Source of the DNA: Dehalococcoidia bacterium
GTDB taxonomy: Bacteria > Chloroflexota > Dehalococcoidia > Tepidiformales > Tepidiformaceae
DNA length: 62,060 nt
Direction of reading: 5' to 3'
Assembly: GCA_020847765.1 (NCBI GenBank)
Contig: JADLBJ010000035.1
Coordinates: forward strand, 1 to 62,060
Shown here: positions 37,995 to 48,378 of the stretch, piece by piece
Position numbering within the stretch: the first letter of the stretch is position 1
Layout: each line of letters opens with the position of its first letter
Notes under the pieces: generated by a model
The model's database searches: none
Told to the model about the DNA's origin: nothing
Seen by the model: the letters and a program-made list of their open reading frames with translations, nothing else
Program-made: the position numbers and the translations under genes

Positions 37995-39406
37995 CGCGGG
38001 TGCCAGAGACGCGGCTGGACCAAGTCGTTCGCTGCGCGCGGGCCCCAGCTGCCGGCCGCGTAGAAGCAGACGTCGGGCGGCGCTTCGAGGACGGGAGCAA
38101 CCACCTGCCAGGCCCGGTCGACGCTGTCCTCCCGCGCGAAGAGCGTGTGGTCGCCGTCCATGGCGTCGTGCAGGAGGCGCTCGTAGGCCTCGGCCGGTTC
38201 CATGCGAAACGCCTCGTCGTAACAGAAGTCCATGCGCACCGGCTCCACCCGTACGTCGGCGCCCGGGATCTTGGCGAGAAACTGGAAGCTGATGCGCTCC
38301 TCCGGCTGGATGGACAGGTTGAGCATGTTCGGCTTCAACCTGTCGACGGCCGTCCCGCCGAAGTAGGCCACCGGAGCCTCGCGGAAGACGACCGCGACCT
38401 CCGTCGTCCGCCTAGCCAGCCGCTTGCCAGTGCGCAGGTAGAACGGCACCCCCGCCCAGCGCCAGTTGTCGATGAACAGGCGGGCGGCGGCGAACGTCTC
38501 GGTCGTCGAGTCGGACGGGACGCCCGGTTCCTCGCGGTAGCCCGGGACGTCCTCCCCGTCGGCCATGCCCCGCACATACTGGCCGCGGACGACGTCTTCG
38601 GGCAGCAACGGCCGCATCGCCTGGAAGAGCTTCGCCTTCTCGTCGCGAACGGCCTCGGGGTGAAAGGAGGCCGGCGGTTCCATCGTGAGCAGCGAAAGGA
38701 CCTGGAGGACGTGGTTCTGAAGGATGTCGCGAATCGCGCCCGTCTCTTCGTAGAAGGCGCCGCGCCCTTCAATCCCGATCGTCTCAGCCACCGTGAACTG
38801 GATGTGGTCGATCGCGTCCCGCTGCCAGACGCGCTCGAAGACAGCATTGCCAAAACGGAAGACGAGGACGTTCTGCACCGTCTCCTTGCCGAGGTAGTGG
38901 TCGATGCGGAAGACCTGTTGCTCGCCGAAGACGGCGTGAATGGCCTCTTCGAGCCGCCGCGAGCTTCCCAGGTCGTGCCCGAACGGCTTTTCGACGACGA
39001 GCCGCGCGCCCGGCACGAGTCCCGCCCGGTCGAGCTCACGGATCGACGACCCGAAGGCCGACGGCGGCACCGAGAGGTAGACAAGCCGCTCCGGGAGGGC
39101 ACAGTGCTCCCTCACGCCCGCATAGCCGCCGTCGCTTGCAGCGACGTAGCGCAGGCGGGCGGCAAAGGCGGGCCAGGCGGACTCGTCGAGGCCGGTGCGC
39201 GAATGCTCCGCCACGGCCGCCTTCGCCAGGGAGGCGAAAGCGTCGTCGCTCATGGCGCTGCGGGCGTAGGCGACGATGACGCCACGTTCGGGGAGAAGAC
39301 CGCCGCAGCCAAGGTTGTACAGTGCGGGCAGGAGCTTGCGCCGGGCGAGGTCCCCGGTGCCGCCCACAAGCACAAGGTCCTGATCGACCGGGCGCTGGCG
39401 GGTCAT
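37991..39406 (-). CDS. zwf: Glucose-6-phosphate 1-dehydrogenase
   Basis: Diagnostic blocks are GGTGDLARRKLLPALYNL, RIDHYLGKE and EPFGHD-type blocks. I chose the start at MTRQRPVDQDLVLVG (39406). Confidence 0.95.
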   Translation of the reverse strand: MTRQRPVDQDLVLVGGTGDLARRKLLPALYNLGCGGLLPERGVIVAYARSAMSDDAFASLAKAAVAEHSRTGLDESAWPAFAARLRYVAASDGGYAGVREHCALPERLVYLSVPPSAFGSSIRELDRAGLVPGARLVVEKPFGHDLGSSRRLEEAIHAVFGEQQVFRIDHYLGKETVQNVLVFRFGNAVFERVWQRDAIDHIQFTVAETIGIEGRGAFYEETGAIRDILQNHVLQVLSLLTMEPPASFHPEAVRDEKAKLFQAMRPLLPEDVVRGQYVRGMADGEDVPGYREEPGVPSDSTTETFAAARLFIDNWRWAGVPFYLRTGKRLARRTTEVAVVFREAPVAYFGGTAVDRLKPNMLNLSIQPEERISFQFLAKIPGADVRVEPVRMDFCYDEAFRMEPAEAYERLLHDAMDGDHTLFAREDSVDRAWQVVAPVLEAPPDVCFYAAGSWGPRAANDLVQPRLWHPR

Positions 39407-40302
39407 GCCGGTCGTACCGGGTGGCCGCCGAACTCGTTGCGCAGAGCGGCGATCAGGCGCATGGCGAACGCTTTCTCGTCGCGCGAGGTGAAGCGGGCGA
39501 ACAGCGCCTGGGCAAGCACCTGGACGTTCACGCCACGCTCCACCCCCTCGAGCACGGTCCAGCGCCCTTCGCCCGAGTCCTGCACGTAGCCCGCCAGCTG
39601 GTCGAGTCGCGGGTCCTTCCCCAGGGCCGCCTCGGCGAGCTGGAGAAGCCAGGAGCGAACAACGCTGCCTTTGTTCCACAGAGACGCGATCTGGCGAAGA
39701 TCGTAGTCGTATTCCGTCGCCGCCTGCAGCAGATCGAACCCCTCGGCGTAGGCCTGGAGCATCCCGTACTCGATCCCGTTGTGGACCATCTTCGCGAAGT
39801 GTCCCGCACCGGACGGTCCCAGGTAGGCATAACCGCCAGGCGGCGCCAGGCTGACGAAGACCGGCTCCACCAGGTCGAATGCTTCGCGGGGCCCCCCGGC
39901 CATCAGACAGAAGCCTTCTTCCAGCCCCCAGATCCCGCCGGAGGTGCCGACGTCCAGGAAGTGGACGCCGCGCGCTGCCAGCTCCTGACCGCGACGCAAG
40001 GAGTCGCGATACCAGCTGTTGCCGCCGTCGACGACGACGTCGCCCGGCGAAAAGAGCGCCGCCACGTCGTGCACAGCCGCCTCGGTCACCTGGCCGGCAG
40101 GCACCATGAGCCAGGCGACACGCGGCGCCGGCAGCGCCGCCACCATCGCCGCCAGCGACGGCGCGTCCGAGACCTCCGCCCTGGTGTCGTAGCCGGTGAC
40201 CGTATGGCCGGCGCGGCGCAATCGGTCGCGGATGCCGGCGCCCATGCGCCCGAGGCCGACCACCCCGAGAGTCAGCGTCGCGGCCGGCCTGTCCTCGCTC
40301 AC
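39403..40302 (-). CDS. gnd: 6-phosphogluconate dehydrogenase, short (~300 aa) decarboxylating form
   Basis: Diagnostic blocks are GVVGLGRMGAGI, FLDVGTSGG and GAGHFAKMVHNGIEYG. The GTG start overlaps the tal-pgi stop (GTGA), and its stop overlaps the zwf ATG. Confidence 0.85.
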   Translation of the reverse strand: MSEDRPAATLTLGVVGLGRMGAGIRDRLRRAGHTVTGYDTRAEVSDAPSLAAMVAALPAPRVAWLMVPAGQVTEAAVHDVAALFSPGDVVVDGGNSWYRDSLRRGQELAARGVHFLDVGTSGGIWGLEEGFCLMAGGPREAFDLVEPVFVSLAPPGGYAYLGPSGAGHFAKMVHNGIEYGMLQAYAEGFDLLQAATEYDYDLRQIASLWNKGSVVRSWLLQLAEAALGKDPRLDQLAGYVQDSGEGRWTVLEGVERGVNVQVLAQALFARFTSRDEKAFAMRLIAALRNEFGGHPVRPA

Positions 40303-42953
40303 CGCAACAGCTCCGTCAGGTGGCCGATGGTCGTTCGCGCAACCCGCCGCCCGTGCGCCTTCAGCGAGGCCAGATCGCCCAGCGCCTGCGCACGCTTCAA
40401 CTGCCCGAAGGTGTACTCCCGCCCGGGGATCGGCAGGTCGAGCACGTCGTCCTGCACGATCTGGAAAAAGACGCCCTTGTTCGCCCCGCCCTTGTGCAGC
40501 TGGCCGGTCGAATGCAGAAAGCGCGGACCAAAGCCCACGGTCGTCGCCACCCGGAAACGGTCGCGCAGCGCCAGCCGGATCGACTGCAGGGTCGCCATGT
40601 TCGCGGCGTTCCGGTCGACGTAGGCGGTGATGGCGACGTAGTCGCCGGCGGCAGTCCCTTCGAGCAGATACTCCGGCGGCGGTGTGTCCGTGTCGACCTG
40701 CTCCCCGGCGAGGATGCGCGCCGTCGCGTCCTTCGCCTCCTGCACGTTCGGCTGATCGAAGGGGTTGATGCCGAGGACGTGGCCGGCGATCGCCGTCGCG
40801 AGCTCCCAGCGAAAGAACGCACCCCCCAGTTGCCAGGGATCGCTGTAAGGGATGCGGAGGACGGGGTGGCCGGCAGCGGCGAGGGCGTCCAGCTCCGGAT
40901 GGCCGCCAAAGGCGACGAAGAGCCGATCCTCGCCGTAGACGGCCGGAGGACCGAGGGTTTCGCCCTCGATAGGCACAATCCCACGGCCCTCCTTGCCCGT
41001 CGACTCGGCGACAAGCTGCTCCACCCAGGAACCGAACGTCCGGATGCCGTCGGGGAGGACAAGGGTGAGCTTGTCCCGCCCGGCCAGCGCTCCCTCGCCG
41101 AGAGCGGCCCCGAGCCAGGCGGCCGGGTTTTCCTCCTCTCGCACGGAGTGGTGGCAGGCCTGCGTCGCCTCCTGCGCACGGTCGAGCACGTGCTCCAGGT
41201 CGAGGCCGATGAGGGCACCGGGCACGAGCCCGAAAAACGACAGGGCTGAATAGCGGCCGCCGATGCTCGCCGGGTTGGCGAAGACGCGGCGGAACCCGCG
41301 TTCGCGGCCAAGCCGCTCCAGAGTCGTGCCAGGATCGGTGATGGCGACGAAGTGCGCGCCGTCGGGGAGCTTCTCCCAGAAGTAGGCGAGCTGCGAAAGC
41401 GTCTCGATCGTGCCGCCCGACTTGCTCGCGACGACGAAGAGGGTGCGACGCAGGTCGATCCGATCCTCGACGTCGCGGATCTGCTGCGGGTCGGTCGTGT
41501 CGAGGACCTCGAGGTCGAGGTAGCCCTGGGCCGTGCCGAAGCTGGCGTGCAGGACTTCGGGCGCCAGGCTCGAACCGCCCATACCGAGGAGGACGGCCGT
41601 GCGATATCCCTCGGCGGCCACCTCGTCGGCGAAGGCGCGGAGAGCCGGCACCTGTTCGCGCATCACCTCCGCCACCGACAGCCAGCCCAGACGATCGCTG
41701 ATCTCCGTCGGGTCCGGCTTCCAGACGGTGTGGTCGCACGCCCAGATGCGCTGGACGATCCTGTCGCGCGCCATGGCATCCAGGCGGCGGGCGACGGCCG
41801 CGGCGAGCGGCCCCAGGTCCCCGGCGGGGACGAGATGCCCGGCAGGCCCGCTCCCGAGGACCTCTGCCAGGCGGTCGAGGAGCTTCTGAAAGTCGCGGGC
41901 GAAGGAGGCGAGGCCCTCCTCCAGGAGGCGGGCCGTGACCGCCCCCATGTCGACGCCAGCCTCGGCCAGCGACGCCAGCGTCGCCTCCGCGGTGGCGACG
42001 CTCCCGCGGTCGATCGCGACGGCCACGCGACCGTGGTCGAGCGTCGCCTGGAGGGTCGCCTCGGGCATCGTGTTGACCGTGTCCGGAGCGACAAGCTCGT
42101 CCACGTAGAGGACGTCGGAGTAGGCGGGGTTCTTCGTGCCGGTCGACGCCCAGAGGGGGCGCTGGACGCGCGCGCCGGCGGCGGCGAGCCGCTCCCAGCG
42201 TGGGCCCGAGAAGATCGCCTGAAAGCGACCATAGGCGTGGCGCGCGTTCGCCACGCCCGCCTTCCCCCGTAGCGCTGACCCCTCGGGAAGAAGCGCGTCG
42301 ACCGCCGTGTCCACGCGGGAGACGAAGAACGAGGCGACGCTGGCCGTGCGGTCGAGCGGCAGGCCGGCGACCAGGCGGTCTTCCAGGCCGGCGACGTAGG
42401 CTTCGGCGCACTGCTCGTAGGCGGCGACGTCGAAGAGGAGCGTCATGTTCGGGTTCAGCCCCTCTGCCACCAGGCGGCGCAAGGCGGGCATTCCTTCCGC
42501 TGTGCCGGGCACCTTGATCATCACGTTCGGCCGGCCGACCAGGTCGAACAGGCGATGCGCTTCGGCGACCGAGCGCTCCGTGTCGTGCTCGAGCCCCGGC
42601 GGGAGCTCGAAGGAGACGTAGCCGTCCCGTCCCTCGCTCTCGTCGTAGACCGGGCGGAGGACGTCGGCAGCCGCCCGGATGTCGTCGCCGGCAATAATGA
42701 GGAAGGCCTCGTAAGGGTCGCGCGGGCCTTCGGCGCGCAGCCGGGCGATCTGGGCGTCGTAGTCGGTCGAGCCGGCGATCGCCTTTTCGAAGATGGTCGG
42801 GTTGGAGGTCATGCCCCGCACCCAGCCGTCGCGCACCATCCGTGCGAGCTGGCCAGAGGTGAGGAGCGAGCGGCGGATGTAGTCGAGCCAGACGCTCTGG
42901 CCGAGGTCGCGTAGCTCGAGGGCGGCGTTCCGCCCCGTAGTTGGACTAGCCAT
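40299..42953 (-). CDS. Bifunctional transaldolase / glucose-6-phosphate isomerase fusion
   Basis: The N-terminal transaldolase half carries SVWLDYIRR and GMTSNPTIFEKAI. The C-terminal PGI half carries LLGMGGSSLAPEV and later SIS/PGI blocks. The product is 884 aa from the ATG at 42953. Confidence 0.9.
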   Translation of the reverse strand: MASPTTGRNAALELRDLGQSVWLDYIRRSLLTSGQLARMVRDGWVRGMTSNPTIFEKAIAGSTDYDAQIARLRAEGPRDPYEAFLIIAGDDIRAAADVLRPVYDESEGRDGYVSFELPPGLEHDTERSVAEAHRLFDLVGRPNVMIKVPGTAEGMPALRRLVAEGLNPNMTLLFDVAAYEQCAEAYVAGLEDRLVAGLPLDRTASVASFFVSRVDTAVDALLPEGSALRGKAGVANARHAYGRFQAIFSGPRWERLAAAGARVQRPLWASTGTKNPAYSDVLYVDELVAPDTVNTMPEATLQATLDHGRVAVAIDRGSVATAEATLASLAEAGVDMGAVTARLLEEGLASFARDFQKLLDRLAEVLGSGPAGHLVPAGDLGPLAAAVARRLDAMARDRIVQRIWACDHTVWKPDPTEISDRLGWLSVAEVMREQVPALRAFADEVAAEGYRTAVLLGMGGSSLAPEVLHASFGTAQGYLDLEVLDTTDPQQIRDVEDRIDLRRTLFVVASKSGGTIETLSQLAYFWEKLPDGAHFVAITDPGTTLERLGRERGFRRVFANPASIGGRYSALSFFGLVPGALIGLDLEHVLDRAQEATQACHHSVREEENPAAWLGAALGEGALAGRDKLTLVLPDGIRTFGSWVEQLVAESTGKEGRGIVPIEGETLGPPAVYGEDRLFVAFGGHPELDALAAAGHPVLRIPYSDPWQLGGAFFRWELATAIAGHVLGINPFDQPNVQEAKDATARILAGEQVDTDTPPPEYLLEGTAAGDYVAITAYVDRNAANMATLQSIRLALRDRFRVATTVGFGPRFLHSTGQLHKGGANKGVFFQIVQDDVLDLPIPGREYTFGQLKRAQALGDLASLKAHGRRVARTTIGHLTELLR

Positions 42954-43419
42954 GGAGCACCTCCCGCGGGGAAAGCTGGTCCTGTTCGATGGCCCGGATC
43001 TTTGCCAGCCGGCGGCGATGCCGCTCTTCCCCCGAGAAGCTGGCAGAGAGGAAAGCGCGAATGAGCTCGGCGGCGAGCTCGACGCCGACGATGCGCGCCC
43101 CCAGGCAGAGCACATTCATGTCGTCGTGCTCCACACCCTGGTGGGCAGAGTAGGTGTCGTGGCAGACAGCGGCGCGAATGCCGAGAAGCTTGGAAGCGGC
43201 GACCGAGGCACCGACGCCACTTCCGCAGATCAAGAGCCCCCGCTCGGCACGCTCGCCGAGGATCGCCTCGCCGATGGCGCGGGCGAAGTCAGGGTAGTCG
43301 TCGCCGGGCTCACCGCCGCCGCCAAGGTCGACGACTTCGTGGCCGAGCCGCACGACTTCCGCCAGCGCCCGCGCCTTCAGCGGAAAGCCAGCGTGGTCGG
43401 CGGCAACGGCAACGCGCAT
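42946..43419 (-). CDS. rpiB: Ribose-5-phosphate isomerase B
   Basis: Diagnostic blocks are MRVAVAADHAGF, LICGSGVGASVAASK and NVLCLGARIVG. It overlaps the tal-pgi start by 8 nt. Confidence 0.9.
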   Translation of the reverse strand: MRVAVAADHAGFPLKARALAEVVRLGHEVVDLGGGGEPGDDYPDFARAIGEAILGERAERGLLICGSGVGASVAASKLLGIRAAVCHDTYSAHQGVEHDDMNVLCLGARIVGVELAAELIRAFLSASFSGEERHRRRLAKIRAIEQDQLSPREVLHG

Positions 43420-43420
43420 C

Positions 43421-45439
43421 TCACATCTCCCGGAGGCGCTGGACGACCGCGCGCGCGCGCGCCGCCACGTTCTCGGCCGTGAAGCCGAACTCCTCGAAGA
43501 GCACCTTGTAGGGTGCCGAGGCACCGAAGTGCTCCAGGCCGACGACGTCGCCCTCGTTGCCCACGTATTTCGCCCAGCCGAGCGGCGAGGCCGCCTCCAC
43601 CGCCAGGCGCGCGCGAACGGTGGGCGGGAGCACCTCATGGCGATACTCCTGCGGCTGGGCTTCAAAGAGCTCCCAGCTGGGCATCGAGACGACGCGCGCC
43701 GCGATCCCGTCGCTGGCGAGCTGCTCCCGGGCGGCGATGGCAAGCGAGACCTCCGAGCCCGTGGCGAGGAGGATGACGTCGGGCGTCCCGCTCGGGGCGT
43801 CGGCCACCACGTAGGCCCCACGCGGCACGCCCTCACGGATCCGGCCGACATCGGCGAGCACGGGCAGCGCCTGCCGCGTGAGAACGAGCGCGACGGGCCC
43901 GTCCGCCTGGAGCGCGCACCCCCAGGCGGCGGCCGTCTCGTTGGCGTCGGCCGGCCGGATGAGCGTGAGGTTCGGCATGGCGCGCAGGGAGGCGAGGTGC
44001 TCGATAGGCTGGTGGGTCGGTCCGTCCTCGCCCAGGCCGATGCTGTCGTGGGTGAAGACGAAGATCGACCGGGCGCGCTGGAGCGCAGCCAGCCGGATAG
44101 CCCCACGCATGTAGTCGGAGAACACGAGGAAGGTGGCGCCGAAGGGAATGAGCCCGCCGTGGATGGCCATGCCGTTGACGATCGTGCCCATGGCATGCTC
44201 GCGCACGCCGAAGTGCATGTTGCGGCCGCCGGGGTGCTCAGGGTCCATGTCGCCGAGCCCCTTCATGTAGGTATTGGTCGAAGGGGCGAGGTCGGCCGAG
44301 CCGCCCACGAGGTTGCCCAGGACCTCGGCCAGGACCGTGATGCACCTGCCGGAGGCCGCACGCGTCGCCATCGGCTTCTCCTCGCCGGAAAAGGCGGGGA
44401 GGACGTCCTGCCATCCTGCCGGGAGCTCCCCCGCCGTCCAGGCGCGGAAGAGGGCGGCGTCTTCGGGGTAGTCGCGGGCGTAGGCGTCGAGGCGCGCCTC
44501 CCAGTCGGCCTGGAGGGCCGCGCCGTCTGCGAGGGCCCGGCGGAAGTCGGCCAGCGCCTCCGGGGGGATGCGGAAGCGCTCCTCGGCGGGCCAGCCGAGT
44601 GCCTCCTTGGTCGCGCGCACCTCGTCTTCGCCGAGTGGCGAGCCGTGGGTCTCGGCGGAGCCAGCCATGTTCGGGCTGCCGTAGGCGATAGTCGTCCTCG
44701 CAACGATGAGCGAAGGTCGCGCCGTCTCCGCGCGGGCGGCCTCGAGTGCGCGCGCCACCTGGCCGACGTCCTCGCCGTCGACGTGCTGCACATGCCAGTT
44801 GTAGGCCCCGAAGCGCCGGCCGACATCCTCGGTGAAGGCGAGATCCGTGTCGCCCTCGATCGAGATCTCGTTGTCGTCGTAGAGGAAGATGAGCTTTCCC
44901 AGCCCGAGCGTCCCCGCCAGCGAAGCGGCCTCGGCCGAAACCCCCTCCATCATGTCGCCGTCGCTGCAGACGCCGTAGGTGTAGTGGTCGACGACAGTAT
45001 GGCCCGGGCGGTTGAAGCGCGCGGCGAGCCAGCGCTCCGCCACGGCCAGACCGACAGCCATGCCGAAACCCTGCCCAAGCGGGCCGCTCGTCACCTCGAC
45101 GCCTGGCGTGTGGCCGCGCTCCGGGTGTCCCGGCGTCTTGCTGCCAAACTGGCGGAAGCGCTTCAGCTCGTCGAGCGGCAGGTCGTAACCCGTCAGATGC
45201 AGGAGGATGTAGAGGAGTGCCGAGGCGTGGCCCGCCGAGAGAACGAAGCGGTCGCGATCGGGCCAGGCCGGGTCGGACGGGTTGTGGCGCAGGAAGCGCG
45301 TCCAGAGCGTGTAGGCCATCGTCGCCGCCCCCATGGGCGTCCCCGGGTGGCCCGAATTCGCCTTCTGAACGACGTCCATCGCAAGCGTGCGAATGGTGTC
45401 GATGCAGAGCCGGTCCAGGCTCGTCGTGGCAGTGCTCAT
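43421..45439 (-). CDS. tkt: Transketolase
   Basis: Diagnostic blocks are [11 protein letters not shown], the ThDP motif [10 protein letters not shown] and [22 protein letters not shown] lies upstream. Confidence 0.95.
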   Translation of the reverse strand: MSTATTSLDRLCIDTIRTLAMDVVQKANSGHPGTPMGAATMAYTLWTRFLRHNPSDPAWPDRDRFVLSAGHASALLYILLHLTGYDLPLDELKRFRQFGSKTPGHPERGHTPGVEVTSGPLGQGFGMAVGLAVAERWLAARFNRPGHTVVDHYTYGVCSDGDMMEGVSAEAASLAGTLGLGKLIFLYDDNEISIEGDTDLAFTEDVGRRFGAYNWHVQHVDGEDVGQVARALEAARAETARPSLIVARTTIAYGSPNMAGSAETHGSPLGEDEVRATKEALGWPAEERFRIPPEALADFRRALADGAALQADWEARLDAYARDYPEDAALFRAWTAGELPAGWQDVLPAFSGEEKPMATRAASGRCITVLAEVLGNLVGGSADLAPSTNTYMKGLGDMDPEHPGGRNMHFGVREHAMGTIVNGMAIHGGLIPFGATFLVFSDYMRGAIRLAALQRARSIFVFTHDSIGLGEDGPTHQPIEHLASLRAMPNLTLIRPADANETAAAWGCALQADGPVALVLTRQALPVLADVGRIREGVPRGAYVVADAPSGTPDVILLATGSEVSLAIAAREQLASDGIAARVVSMPSWELFEAQPQEYRHEVLPPTVRARLAVEAASPLGWAKYVGNEGDVVGLEHFGASAPYKVLFEEFGFTAENVAARARAVVQRLREM

Positions 45440-45616
45440 GCGCCGTGGTCCTCCGGTGCTTTGCCGGGCCCGCGCCCCAGGCGAGAGTCTCCCTTATTAC
45501 CGTGTCGCGGACGCGGGCGCGACGCAAGCCGTCGGGCGGGCCCACTCCATCGCGCCTGCCTATCTTGACGGTGCCATGACGGAAAAGGCCAGCCAGCCGC
45601 CCACCGGCACCGACGG

Positions 45617-47653
45617 TCAGGGGGACGGCAACGACGCCGAGCGACGGCGCGCGCTCCCCGGGTCGAACGGGTAGCGCACGACGTTCACATGGCGGCGATG
45701 GCCGAGGAGCCGCGCCAACCGCTTCAGGCTCTGGTTGACGAGCGGCCGTTCCCACCAGCGCCGCACGTCGAGCACCGGCACCATCACCGTCACCTCGTGG
45801 GGCGGGTCGCGCAGGCGGTCATTGACGTACACGGCGATGGGGTCGGCGACTGTCCGGTAGGGCGAGTCGATGACTACGAGCGGCACATGCGGGAACTGGC
45901 GTCCCCACCGCTGCGCGACGGTCGAGGGCTCGTCGGGGTCGACAATCACGTGCACGGCCGTCACGTTCCGCGACCGTTCGCAGGCAGCGCCCAGGGTCAT
46001 CACCGTCGCCAGATTGATGTCCTCGACCGGCACCACATGAGGGATAGAGGAGGGGCCGGTTGGGTGAAGGTCGAGCACGGCCTCGCTCGGCACGAAGAGG
46101 GAACGCCCGAGCGCCCGGTAGAAGCGGCCGACGAGGAAGAAAAGCCCCGCCAGGAGAGGGATGAGGATGCAGACCACCCAGGCGCCCTCGGTGAACTTCG
46201 CTTCGAGGATGACGACGAAGACGAGCGCCGTCGTCAGCGCGCCCGTGCCGTTGACGACGAGGGCGGCTCGCCAGCCCTGCTCCTTGCTCTTCAGCCAGTG
46301 GCGCACCATCCCCGCCTGGCTGAGCGTAAACGAGAGGAAGACGCCGAGGGCATAGAGCGGGATGAGACGTGTCGTGGTGGCGTTGAAGGCGATGAGGAGG
46401 GCGCAGGAAATGGCGGCCAGCAAGACGATGCCGTAGCTGAAGACGAGCCGATTGCCGCGGGCGTGGAAGATGCGGGGAATGTAGCCGTCCCGCGCGAGGA
46501 TGGCGGCGAGCTGCGGGAAGCCCGCAAACGACGTGTTCGCCGCCAGCACCAGGATCCCAGCCGTCATGACGTTGAGCAGGCCGTGCAGGATCGAACCGTC
46601 GCCATAGGCCTCCGCGCCCAGCTGCGACGGGATGGTGTTGTCTTCGTGGGGGATGAAGCCGTGGTGACGCGCGACGATCGTCAGGCCGAGGAAGAGAAAC
46701 CCGAGGATGGTGCCCATCGCCACCATCGTCTGGCGGGCGTTGCGGGGCGCCGGCGGTCGGAAGGACTGGACGCCGTTGCTGATCGCTTCGACGCCGGTGA
46801 GCGCCGTGCAGCCGCTGGCAAAGGCCTTCAGGATGAGCAGGATGCCGAGTCCTTCCTCGGCGCTCACCGGCTCGCGGGCAGTCCCGGCGGCGAACGGGTT
46901 CTCGCCATTGCCCAGGATGCGCCCGACCGCCAGGCCGATGGCCACACCGAGGAGCACGATGAAGGCGTACGTCGGAACGGCGAAGATCGAGGCTGACTCC
47001 GTCACCCCACGCAGGTTGATAAGCGCCACCATGGTCACGACCCCCACGGCAATCGGCACGGCGAACGGGCGGATGCCTTCGTTCAGCGAGGCGAGGGCGT
47101 CGATCCCAGCCGCCGTGGAGACCGAGACGGTCAGCACGTAGTCGGTGAGCAGGGCGGCCGCGGCAAGCAAGCCGGCTGACACGCCGATGTTCTCGTGGGC
47201 GACGATGTAAGCGCCCCCACCGCCCGGGTAGGCGCGCACCGTCTGCCGGTAACTCGTGATAACGATGGTGAGCAGGACGACAATCGCACCGGCGATCGGT
47301 AGCGACCACTGGATGGCGCCCGCGCCGGCGAGGATGAGGACGAACAGGATCTCCTGGGTGGCGTAGGCCACGGAGGAGATGGCGTCGGAGGAGAAGATGG
47401 CCAGCGCCTTGATCTTCCCAAGCCGCTCGCTCTCCAGCCGGTGGCTGGCGAGCGTCGTCCCGAGGACGAGGTCGCGCGCCGCCAGGTAGGCCCCCTTCAG
47501 GCCGCTGCGCCGTTCGGCATAGGCAGTCGCTTCGAAGCGGTTGCGCTCGGTGGGGACGATGCCCGCCTTGGGCAATTCCACCCGGTAGCGCGACACGCGC
47601 CCCCGCTCACCGACGACCGGCCCGAGGCGCGGCCCCTGGGAAGGATCGGTCAT
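45617..47653 (-). CDS. kimA: KimA-family (YdaO-type) K+/H+ symporter, APC superfamily, with a cytosolic C-terminal domain
   Basis: Long blocks match my recollection of B. subtilis KimA: KIKALAIFSSDAISSVAYATQEIL, SYRQTVRAYPGGGGAYIV, LKAFASGCTALTGVEAISNG, LVLAANTSFAGFPQLAAILARDGYIPR and LIPLYALGVFLSFTLSQAGM. Confidence 0.8.
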   Translation of the reverse strand: MTDPSQGPRLGPVVGERGRVSRYRVELPKAGIVPTERNRFEATAYAERRSGLKGAYLAARDLVLGTTLASHRLESERLGKIKALAIFSSDAISSVAYATQEILFVLILAGAGAIQWSLPIAGAIVVLLTIVITSYRQTVRAYPGGGGAYIVAHENIGVSAGLLAAAALLTDYVLTVSVSTAAGIDALASLNEGIRPFAVPIAVGVVTMVALINLRGVTESASIFAVPTYAFIVLLGVAIGLAVGRILGNGENPFAAGTAREPVSAEEGLGILLILKAFASGCTALTGVEAISNGVQSFRPPAPRNARQTMVAMGTILGFLFLGLTIVARHHGFIPHEDNTIPSQLGAEAYGDGSILHGLLNVMTAGILVLAANTSFAGFPQLAAILARDGYIPRIFHARGNRLVFSYGIVLLAAISCALLIAFNATTTRLIPLYALGVFLSFTLSQAGMVRHWLKSKEQGWRAALVVNGTGALTTALVFVVILEAKFTEGAWVVCILIPLLAGLFFLVGRFYRALGRSLFVPSEAVLDLHPTGPSSIPHVVPVEDINLATVMTLGAACERSRNVTAVHVIVDPDEPSTVAQRWGRQFPHVPLVVIDSPYRTVADPIAVYVNDRLRDPPHEVTVMVPVLDVRRWWERPLVNQSLKRLARLLGHRRHVNVVRYPFDPGSARRRSASLPSP

Positions 47654-47795
47654 GGCGCTCTACCGTACACCGGGCCGTGGGCCGGTGCCACGAATCGCCT
47701 CGCGCCAACAGGGTGCGCCGTCACGCTCCCGCCCCGCGCCCACGCCCGCGAAAGAGTCGGGGCCGGTGCCGCCGACGGATCAGCCATAACGGCCG

Positions 47796-47824
47796 ACACT
47801 ACACCCTCCCGCCGCCAAATGTCA
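47796..47824 (-). promoter_or_regulatory. Putative promoter (TGACAT, 17-nt spacer, TAGTGT) for kimA
   Basis: Read on the minus strand, the hexamers are separated by exactly 17 nt. This implies a 5' UTR of about 135 nt. Confidence 0.3.
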
Positions 47825-47915
47825 TTGTCAGCCGGCCGCAATCACAGATGTCTATCGCGCCATTCAGCAGGCAGGGCCAATGCCATCAGGAGCCGGGCGG
47901 GGAACGGTGACAGCG

Positions 47916-48113
47916 TCAGGTGAGCGTTGCGAGCGCGGCTGCCCCCGTGACGACCAGAACCGCGGCCAGCGGCGCAAGGCGGAGGACGCGGCCCCCGCGC
48001 CAGGGCTGGGAACCATCCCCTGGCACGTCGGCTGTGGCGAGCACGACTGGCAGGACGACGCGGGCAACAACCAGCCCGCCGGCGAGCAGCATCAGGGCGA
48101 GGACGTGCAGCAC
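47916..48113 (-). CDS. Small two-TM membrane protein (65 aa)
   Basis: GTG at 48113 follows AGGAGG with a 6-nt spacer. There are two hydrophobic helices (LHVLALMLLAGGLVVARVVLPVVLA and LRLAPLAAVLVVTGAAALATL). GC3 is about 80% by hand count. Confidence 0.35.
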   Translation of the reverse strand: MLHVLALMLLAGGLVVARVVLPVVLATADVPGDGSQPWRGGRVLRLAPLAAVLVVTGAAALATLT

Positions 48114-48378
48114 GGAAGGCCTCCTGCCCGAAGAATCGACCGCTCGGAGAACGCAGCACAGGTCGATCGCGAAACGGCCCATATCGGGGAACGAGTGATC
48201 ACAGGGGACCCCCATAGCGTAAACTCAGCAGGCCGGCGCCTTCGTTCGAAAGGCGGAGGGGAGAGACCGGCCCGATCGGCCAGCACAGCAGGCGCGGGAG
48301 CCGACTCCGGCCTCTGTGTGGGACGTCACGGTTCCGGGGACCGTTTGGCCCCACGATCCGTGGCCAGCGAGGAACGCG

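Noticed and set aside
39403-42411. A 1002-aa ORF, with analogous over-extended N-termini for 1550-3106, 29480-31504, 32828-34921, 37991-39679, 42946-44196 and 16519-17916.
   Set aside because: Only the C-terminal portions carry conserved motifs and have plausible starts with RBS or coupling overlaps. The upstream parts overlap neighbouring real genes in another frame.
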